From Gemmatimonas sp. (lineage in GTDB: Bacteria > Gemmatimonadota > Gemmatimonadetes > Gemmatimonadales > Gemmatimonadaceae): DNA of 64,000 nt. The position numbers and the translations under genes are program-made. This document shows, piece by piece, positions 57,514-64,000 of this stretch (position 1 is its first letter; each line of letters begins with the position of its first letter). The DNA is taken from NCBI GenBank assembly GCA_965279375.1, contig OZ257156.1, positions 5,056,001-5,120,000 on the forward strand. The letters run 5' to 3'. The notes below the pieces were generated by a model. The model saw nothing but the letters and a program-made list of their open reading frames with translations. It did not search any database and had not been told where the DNA came from.

Positions 57514-58359
57514 CTATGCACGTGCGAGCGTGAACACCGTGACTTCAGGACGCGCATTGAAGCGCACCGGCAGCGCGTGGCCGATTCCACGATTGATGTA
57601 CAGCCGTCGGCCTTCGGAGAGCGCATACTCGCCCGCAGAGTAGCGACGATTGCGTACCGGCAGAATCGGTGGTGGCAGGAACGGCGCCTTGCACTGTCCA
57701 CCATGCGTGTGTCCGGAGAGCACCCATCCATCGTAAGCGCCCCATCCGGGAGAATCGACGGTGTCCGGATTGTGCGAGAGCACGATCGTCGCGAGCGCCG
57801 GATCTGCCGTGGCGAAGGCGCGCTGCGGCGCGAACTGATGCGCCCAGAGGTCACCCATGCCGACGATCTGCAGGTCGCCAAGCACCGCGCTTTCGTTCTG
57901 CAGAATACGGACTCCGGCGTTGCCCATGATGGACGCGACGCGGCGCGCGATGTCCGCTTCAGACCACATGCTGCCAAAGTCGTGATTGCCGAGCGTGCCG
58001 ACGGTGCCGATGCGCCCGCGCGGCGGATCGGCGTAGACGCGCTCCATCTGCGCGAACATGCCGCCGCGCGGATAGTGTGTGATGAAGTCGCCCGTGTACA
58101 CCACGATATCCGGCGCCAGCGCGCGAACCTGCGCAAAGACCTCCGCGATGTATTGGTCGGGAACAACGGTACCCACGTGCAGGTCGGAGAGCTGCACGAT
58201 CGTCTTCCCGATCAACGCCGACGGCAGATTGCGCACCGGCATCGGATGCCGTTGCACGTCCACCCAGTACGGCTCCCAGAACCGGGTGTAGAGACCGGTT
58301 GCCGTGGCGCCCACGAACGCGCTTGTTGCGGTGTACAGAAACTGACGACGATTCAGCAT
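57514..58359 (-). CDS. Tat-exported metallophosphoesterase (YkuE-like)
   Basis: NRRQFL Tat motif; SDLH, TGD, LGNHD, SHNPD, SGHTHGGQ. Confidence 0.9.
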   Translation of the reverse strand: MLNRRQFLYTATSAFVGATATGLYTRFWEPYWVDVQRHPMPVRNLPSALIGKTIVQLSDLHVGTVVPDQYIAEVFAQVRALAPDIVVYTGDFITHYPRGGMFAQMERVYADPPRGRIGTVGTLGNHDFGSMWSEADIARRVASIMGNAGVRILQNESAVLGDLQIVGMGDLWAHQFAPQRAFATADPALATIVLSHNPDTVDSPGWGAYDGWVLSGHTHGGQCKAPFLPPPILPVRNRRYSAGEYALSEGRRLYINRGIGHALPVRFNARPEVTVFTLARA

Positions 58360-58413
58360 GGTCACACAAACTTAGCGATAGTGAATGCTCTCCCCAGCTT
58401 CGAGGATTTGGAC

Positions 58414-59337
58414 ATGACACATCAGGACGCCGAAGCCATCATCGCCATCGCGGCGATGGCCTCGATGGCAGACGGCCGTCAGGACGCGAACGAATTGTCG
58501 GCGATCGCCGACGCCGCCCGACGTCTTGGCCTCCCCACGGCCGAGGGTGCGCTGCAGCAGGTGACCGGCGGCCAGCTTTCGATCGCGCAGCTGGCCGATC
58601 AGCTGAGTGGCAGCGACGCGCGCCATGCCGCCTACGACGTGGCAATTGCCGTCTGTTCCACCGGTGGTGCCCCCAACCCGCAGGAAGACGAATTCCTCCG
58701 CTCTCTCGCCACGGCGCTGGGCGTCGACGTCAGCAGTTCCAACACCGCCGCAGGCGCCGCGATCCAGTCGGTTGCATCCATCGCCACTCCGCCGATGCTG
58801 GCGGCGCCGACCGTGGCGGGCGGAGTGCCCCCCGTCCTGGACGAACACATCCTCGATCAGGCGATGCTGACCGCCGCCCTCGAGCTGCTGCCGGACCGGC
58901 TGGCCAACATCGCCATCCTCCCGCTGCAGATGCGGCTCGTGCGTCACATTGGCCAGCAGTACGGGCAACAGATGGACGCCAATCAGGTGAAGGATCTGGC
59001 CGCGACCTTCGGTCTGGGCGCCGCCGCTCAGGTGATGGAGAGCGTCGTCCGCAAAGCCTTTGGCGGTATTGCCGGTGGCCTCTTGGGCGGACTCTTCGGC
59101 GGTGCGGCCGGCACGGCAGCCGGTGGCGCAGTGACCTTCGCCAGCACGTACGCGCTTGGACACGCGGCCCAGCAGTACTACGCGCAGGGGCGCGCGCTCT
59201 CGACGGCGGACATGAAGGCGCTATTCTCCCGCTTTCGCGGCGAGGCCGACACGATCTATCCGCGTGTGCAGGATCGCATCGGCACGTTGGCGCGCGGGAC
59301 GAATCTCAGCTCGTTGATGCGTACGATCACGGGCTAG
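58414..59337 (+). CDS. TerB-like N-terminal domain plus DUF697-like membrane domain protein
   Basis: MADGRQDANE..I and AVCSTGG..NPQEDEFL..L..ALG TerB pattern; Gly-rich C-terminal hydrophobic segments, STYALG. Confidence 0.65.
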   Translation: MTHQDAEAIIAIAAMASMADGRQDANELSAIADAARRLGLPTAEGALQQVTGGQLSIAQLADQLSGSDARHAAYDVAIAVCSTGGAPNPQEDEFLRSLATALGVDVSSSNTAAGAAIQSVASIATPPMLAAPTVAGGVPPVLDEHILDQAMLTAALELLPDRLANIAILPLQMRLVRHIGQQYGQQMDANQVKDLAATFGLGAAAQVMESVVRKAFGGIAGGLLGGLFGGAAGTAAGGAVTFASTYALGHAAQQYYAQGRALSTADMKALFSRFRGEADTIYPRVQDRIGTLARGTNLSSLMRTITG

Positions 59338-59362
59338 GCATCGCTCGAATGGCGCGAATCTG

Positions 59363-60547
59363 ATGCCAAGCAAGTTCGGCAGGCTCCTGCTGCTCCTGAC
59401 GCTCGTTACCGGGAGCGCGTGTGCGAAGGCGGTATCGACAGCGACGCTCGATGCCGCCCCCGCCCTCTCCAGCCGTGTCGCGGATACGATCTTCTTCGTG
59501 TCCGCGCGCGCCAGAGACGGCGGACGCACGGAGCGGCGATTTTCCGATACACTCGAGTTCGGTCTCGCGATTCACACGCGTCGGCGCTCGGCGGACGTCC
59601 TGACTGACGGGCTCGACCTTGCGCTCGTCGACTCGGTGTCGCTCACGCAGCTGCAGTTCATCGAACAGCTGCGTCTGGCCGCGAGCGACGACACCACTTC
59701 GAACACCGAAATCGCGCGCAATGCGGACAGCATCGCGCTGCTCTATGTCCACGGATACAGCACCTCCCTGCACGAGTGCTGGCGCAATGCATCCGAATCG
59801 CGCATGCGTTCGCGTTCGGCCGTGCCTTGGGTCGCGTTCTGCTGGCCCTCGAACGGACTCGGCTTCGAACGGCCAGCGCGCGGAGCGATTCTGGACCGAG
59901 CCTACCGAGAGGATTCCGCCGCCGCTGCGGCAAGCGCTCCGGCATTCCTTCGCACGGCCGAAGTCCTGCTCGACGCCGTGCCACCGGCTCGACTACTCGT
60001 AATCGCGCACTCCATGGGGTCGCAATTGGTTGGCGGTGCCCTCGCCGATTCCACCTCACTGCGAGCACGTCTGGAGGCGGCGCCGGTGCGGGCGATCGTC
60101 TTCGCGGCCGCCGATATGGAAACATCGCATTTCACGAATCGTGTCGTGCCGGCAATGCGGCCGCTGTCGACGCGACTGGTGGCTTACGTCTCCGGGCGCG
60201 ACCGCATGCTGGCGCTCTCGCGCCAGCGCAGTGGCACCTCGCGCGCCGGATTACGCAAGGTCACCCCGCTCGTACTTCCGGGACTGGAGTCGATCGATGC
60301 CACCGAAGCGCTCGTCGCCGAAAACTGGTTCCAGGGCATTTTCGGAACCCACCACGCAGTGCGCCGTGCCTCGGCGGAGCTATACGATCTCGTGCACATC
60401 GTCGGCGCGAATCGGTCACCGGAGTGTCGCGCGGCGCTCGGCACCGGACAGTTAAACTCCGACAATGTGTGGCAGCTGCTCGACGTGCGCCCCGATCTCT
60501 CCGCGGTGGACCTCAGGTGTGCGCGTCACGACGTACGCCGCCGGTGA
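59363..60547 (+). CDS. Alpha/beta hydrolase (DUF900-like), probable lipoprotein
   Basis: GSAC lipobox-like; LYVHGY, FCWPS, IAHSMG, AAAD. Confidence 0.8.
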   Translation: MPSKFGRLLLLLTLVTGSACAKAVSTATLDAAPALSSRVADTIFFVSARARDGGRTERRFSDTLEFGLAIHTRRRSADVLTDGLDLALVDSVSLTQLQFIEQLRLAASDDTTSNTEIARNADSIALLYVHGYSTSLHECWRNASESRMRSRSAVPWVAFCWPSNGLGFERPARGAILDRAYREDSAAAAASAPAFLRTAEVLLDAVPPARLLVIAHSMGSQLVGGALADSTSLRARLEAAPVRAIVFAAADMETSHFTNRVVPAMRPLSTRLVAYVSGRDRMLALSRQRSGTSRAGLRKVTPLVLPGLESIDATEALVAENWFQGIFGTHHAVRRASAELYDLVHIVGANRSPECRAALGTGQLNSDNVWQLLDVRPDLSAVDLRCARHDVRRR

Positions 60548-60775
60548 ACCTCGTCCTCGCGAACGACGAGCAGCAAACGCTGCACCGCAAAACCGAGTAG
60601 CGCACGACAAGCGGTGCATCTTAATACGGTTTAACGCACCGACGGTTTGCGGCAACGCGATCCCGGTACTTCGCGCGGGCCATGCGGTAGTTGACGGCAG
60701 CGGCTCAGGCGATGCACGTTCTGCCAAGCGTGGAGGTTCGCGCACAGCCACCATGGAGCCCGCGAGGGTATCGTC

Positions 60776-63700
60776 ATGCGCGCGGTTTGTGCGGCAACGG
60801 GAATGCTCATGCTGGCTGCCAGCGAACGCGTGGTGGCGCAGCCGAGGCTACCCGCCGACGGAGGCCAGACTGTTTCACTCGGTCAGCCAGGACCATGGTC
60901 GTGGTCTCTCGGCGTTGCACTGGGACTTCGCGACGATCGCGTCCGCTCCACGGCCGGAGTCGGCGAGGCGCGAATCGGCGTCTATCATGAGCTGTTCAGC
61001 CGCGCGCTCGGCGTCGGTGGCCTTCAGGGTGAGCTGTACTCGCAGTCGGTGAATGCGCGATTCGGCGCCGGTGGGCGCCTGCGGTTCGTGTCGCAGTTCA
61101 CCGGAGTTGCGCTCGGTGCTGACTACAGTGTGACGGAATCGCGACTGCGTCCGATTTTCACATATGTACATCCGATTCGACGGGGCGGTCTGTTCGGCGA
61201 CGGGAGCGTCGCGCGCCTGGATGTGATCACCGGACCGCAGCACTCGGCGATGCTTGGATTCGAGAAGCCGCTGCTGCGTCGCATTCCGATGGGAACGACG
61301 CGACCGCGCACCGACGTCGCGCCATTGCCGCGCGGCGTACGAGTTGCCGCCGAGTCCTCGTCAGCATGGACGACGCTGCGGGCGCCGCTGGCTGAGGCGT
61401 ACGAGGCGGCGCGCCACATTCAGCAGCTGTGCGTCCCTTGGGTCGATCACAAGGGCGGAGGTGGCGCCGAGAGCGATGAGGCGGTGCTCGACCGACTGCT
61501 GGAGATCAAGGGAGCTGCCAAGTCCGCGGTCGGAAACAGAACGGTGGAGGCGGAATCCCGTCGCCTGCACGATGCCATCGATCAGGCATTCACGATGGCG
61601 CTGGGCTCCGCGACGTTGGCCGGGAAGACCCCGCGCGAATCGGGCAACGCCATCGGCGCACAGGCGCGACGGCTGCTGCTCGTGGAGGTGTTGCTGCCGT
61701 ACAATCGGCTCCTGGGACAGTCCAAGGAGTTCGATTCAACACTCGGCCTCGACGTGCTCGCACGGGGGGCGTTCCTGCGCTGGCTGCAAGTGGAGGCGAG
61801 AGCGCCGTCGCAGTCGTCCGGTGCACTGATGTCGGTCTTCGATGCGCTGCTCGACATCGTCGAGGAGACGCGGAGCCGCACGCGGCAGGAGTGGGGCACA
61901 TCGCGCTTTGTGTGGCTACCACTGCAACTCGCGTTGCGCCCGGAACAGTACGACTCGCAGGCAGAACTCGATGCGCTCGTAGAGCTGGCGACGCAGACCA
62001 GCTTCACGGACAGCAACAGCGTCTCGTACATCATCAACGAGCAATTCCAGTCGCAGTTGCACCGCACCATTCTGGCCGCGCGGCAATATCACGTGCTGTG
62101 GACGCACGACTTTCGCGGCTACGACGCCAAGGGCGAGCCGGATGAGATGAGCTTTCGGCAGGTGCTGCTGTCGTACTTCGCGGCGATGACGGCACGCGTG
62201 CGCGCATACGACAGCACGGGCACGTTTCCCAGCTACTTCATCCTGCTCGACGAATGGTTCTACGAGATCAATCGCGGTCGACTTTGGATGGATTTGCTGG
62301 AGAATCCGACACAACACCGAATTCGACTACCCGCGCGCTACGCGTTCATGGGAGACTCCATCCGCGCGGCCCAGCAGCGACTACGCTCGGCGATTGACGC
62401 ATCGGTGCTTCTCACCGCACAACGCAAACAGTATGGGGAGGATTGGCTTCGCGATCTCGTGAAGGTGCAAGTCAGCATCACCAACGCGTCGGATCCGAGC
62501 TTCTGGAGCTGGGGGGTTGTCACGCACTTTCCGCTCCCCGACACGTGGATGCGCGACCATCGAAAGATCGTGTTCTACGATGTGACCGAAGCCGATCCGT
62601 TTCGCGGAGAAGGCATCCTGACCGGGGCGGGAATCGGGGAGCACTACGCCAACCTCTCGTGGGAAGACCGTTCGGTGCTGGTCCGCGGTCCGGTGCTCCT
62701 GTCGCTCAAGACCGCAGCACGCGAGTCGCTTCGCAAGCAGGGGCTTTCCGATCTGCGTATTCCTGCGGTGCTGCAGCCGCAGCGGAGCGATGGCGATTCG
62801 CGCGTCGCGCGTGCGGACGCGGACGTTCGAGCTCGCATGGACGCCGAACACTCGCGTGGGCTTCGCGCCGTGCAACTGCACAACGGCACGGGCTTCGACC
62901 GCAAGGACGTCAATGTGGCCAAGGCGGTGCTCTACACGCTCATGCCTGCCGGTTCGGTCATCAAAATCCCCGACTCGTTGTGGAACGGTACGCTCTGGGG
63001 CTCGGCGTTGATTGGTGCAGCGCTTCGAGGCGTGCGCGTGATCGTCATCGCTCCCTCGCTGCAGAATGCGCCGGCGCGCGCGTTTGGATCGATGGTGCGC
63101 AGCAGAGAGTTGCTCTGGCGCCTGGTGATGGCGTCGCGACTGCTGTCGGACGAAATCGCCGCCTCTGGCGGATTGCTGAAGGTGGGGATCTACACCTCTC
63201 GCCTGCCCATCAGCGACATCAAGGGTCGGCTCACCGCAACGAATCGCGTGTTCGTGCAACAGAACTGGCTACGCGACCTCATGCAGTTTCCTCCCGCGGT
63301 CTATCGCGCACTCGCCAGCGAAGTGCGTGACAACGAGGGAGTTCGCACCACGCGCGCGGATGCGGATAGCGCGTTCGACGACTTCAAGTCGGAGGGACGC
63401 GCACTGCTGCACCTCAAGGCCAACTTCTTCGCGTCGCGCGAAGCCTGGACACTGATGTCGCAGCCGGAGTGGTCGGAGGTGACGCGCGTTTTCACGCGGC
63501 AACGCGAAGCGCAGGTACGCGCGCATTCGGTCACGCTCATGGACGCCGGAGATCCACCCGACTCCACGATCGCACTCAGCGACGCGATCGTGCAGCGTTG
63601 GCGACAGCGCCTGTCAGCTGAATCTCGCGACCGAATCGTGTTCTTCACCGTGCTCGGCTCTGCCAACCAGAATGACCGGAGCATGGTCAGCGACGGTGAA

Positions 63701-63868
63701 GCGGCGCTTGTGCTGTCCAACTGGCCGGCTGTGGTGCCGTACCTCGATCTGCTTTCGCTCATCGGGCAGTGCGACTGGATCGACGAACCCAGCGCGCTCG
63801 ACGCGCTGCTGCCGAGGCAGGGGTCGCTGCGCACGCGCTTCGCACACTGGTTCAAGCACGTGTTTTGA
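60776..63868 (+). CDS. Large secreted phospholipase D-superfamily protein with a beta-strand-rich N-terminal domain
   Basis: HRKIVFYD (HKD), TGAGIGEHY..WED..VRGP, second degenerate HLKANFFA, VLGSANQNDRS. Confidence 0.72.
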   Translation: MRAVCAATGMLMLAASERVVAQPRLPADGGQTVSLGQPGPWSWSLGVALGLRDDRVRSTAGVGEARIGVYHELFSRALGVGGLQGELYSQSVNARFGAGGRLRFVSQFTGVALGADYSVTESRLRPIFTYVHPIRRGGLFGDGSVARLDVITGPQHSAMLGFEKPLLRRIPMGTTRPRTDVAPLPRGVRVAAESSSAWTTLRAPLAEAYEAARHIQQLCVPWVDHKGGGGAESDEAVLDRLLEIKGAAKSAVGNRTVEAESRRLHDAIDQAFTMALGSATLAGKTPRESGNAIGAQARRLLLVEVLLPYNRLLGQSKEFDSTLGLDVLARGAFLRWLQVEARAPSQSSGALMSVFDALLDIVEETRSRTRQEWGTSRFVWLPLQLALRPEQYDSQAELDALVELATQTSFTDSNSVSYIINEQFQSQLHRTILAARQYHVLWTHDFRGYDAKGEPDEMSFRQVLLSYFAAMTARVRAYDSTGTFPSYFILLDEWFYEINRGRLWMDLLENPTQHRIRLPARYAFMGDSIRAAQQRLRSAIDASVLLTAQRKQYGEDWLRDLVKVQVSITNASDPSFWSWGVVTHFPLPDTWMRDHRKIVFYDVTEADPFRGEGILTGAGIGEHYANLSWEDRSVLVRGPVLLSLKTAARESLRKQGLSDLRIPAVLQPQRSDGDSRVARADADVRARMDAEHSRGLRAVQLHNGTGFDRKDVNVAKAVLYTLMPAGSVIKIPDSLWNGTLWGSALIGAALRGVRVIVIAPSLQNAPARAFGSMVRSRELLWRLVMASRLLSDEIAASGGLLKVGIYTSRLPISDIKGRLTATNRVFVQQNWLRDLMQFPPAVYRALASEVRDNEGVRTTRADADSAFDDFKSEGRALLHLKANFFASREAWTLMSQPEWSEVTRVFTRQREAQVRAHSVTLMDAGDPPDSTIALSDAIVQRWRQRLSAESRDRIVFFTVLGSANQNDRSMVSDGEAALVLSNWPAVVPYLDLLSLIGQCDWIDEPSALDALLPRQGSLRTRFAHWFKHVF

Positions 63869-63880
63869 GCACGTGTTTTG
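63855..63880 (+). repeat. 13-bp direct duplication spanning the stop codon
   Basis: AGCACGTGTTTTG x2. Confidence 0.8.
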
Positions 63881-64000
63881 ACGACGCACATCCTCGTCCG
63901 CTCGCACGCGGAGACGCCGCGTGCGAGCGTCGCGATCAAGGCACCAGCGGCACCACGCGGGACGACGGAATGAGATAGAACGCCTCCTGACGGGGCCGGA

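Noticed and set aside
1..64000. tRNA, rRNA, prophage or transposase genes
   Set aside because: No recognisable signatures by eye; tRNAscan-SE, Infernal and ISEScan would be needed to exclude them formally

Overview
High-GC bacterial chromosomal window. The gene complement and style suggest Gemmatimonadota, which is inference only. Left part (1-28.9 kb): mgtE (apparent 1-bp frameshift near the 5' end), a DMT transporter, nucleotide-sugar genes (UDP-glucuronate epimerase, ugd, rmlB, rmlA), SURF1, glgB with a histone-like Lys/Ala tail, DUF72, an ABC exporter cluster with an AttH/CrtC-like fusion, mntH-usp-mntR with a palindromic operator, a Fur-boxed TonB receptor, a divergent GGT, NUDIX, rhodanese, LD-carboxypeptidase, GT2, a D-amino-acid aminotransferase and chrA. 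Middle (29-41.7 kb): a translationally coupled N6-adenine methyltransferase plus SNF2 helicase in a strongly C/A-skewed tract, a HAD hydrolase, an ECF sigma/anti-sigma/2xDUF4097 operon, PCD and a PAS hybrid kinase. The most unusual part is 41.7-53.7 kb, a split mutasome cassette. imuA overlaps imuB by about 512 nt and dnaE2 lies about 4.8 kb downstream. The gap holds an unannotated BrnT toxin with a truncated BrnA, a BlaR/BlaI pair with twin operators, a cyclophilin and a photoactive yellow protein gene head-to-head with dnaE2. A near-identical TTCGG-N6-TTCGG box occurs twice, and three copies of a 205-bp rod-like palindromic element punctuate the locus. Right end: an Ig-repeat metalloprotease lipoprotein, a Tat metallophosphoesterase, a TerB-like protein, a DUF900 hydrolase and a large secreted phospholipase D-like protein. 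I recognised no rRNA, tRNA, CRISPR array or transposase.
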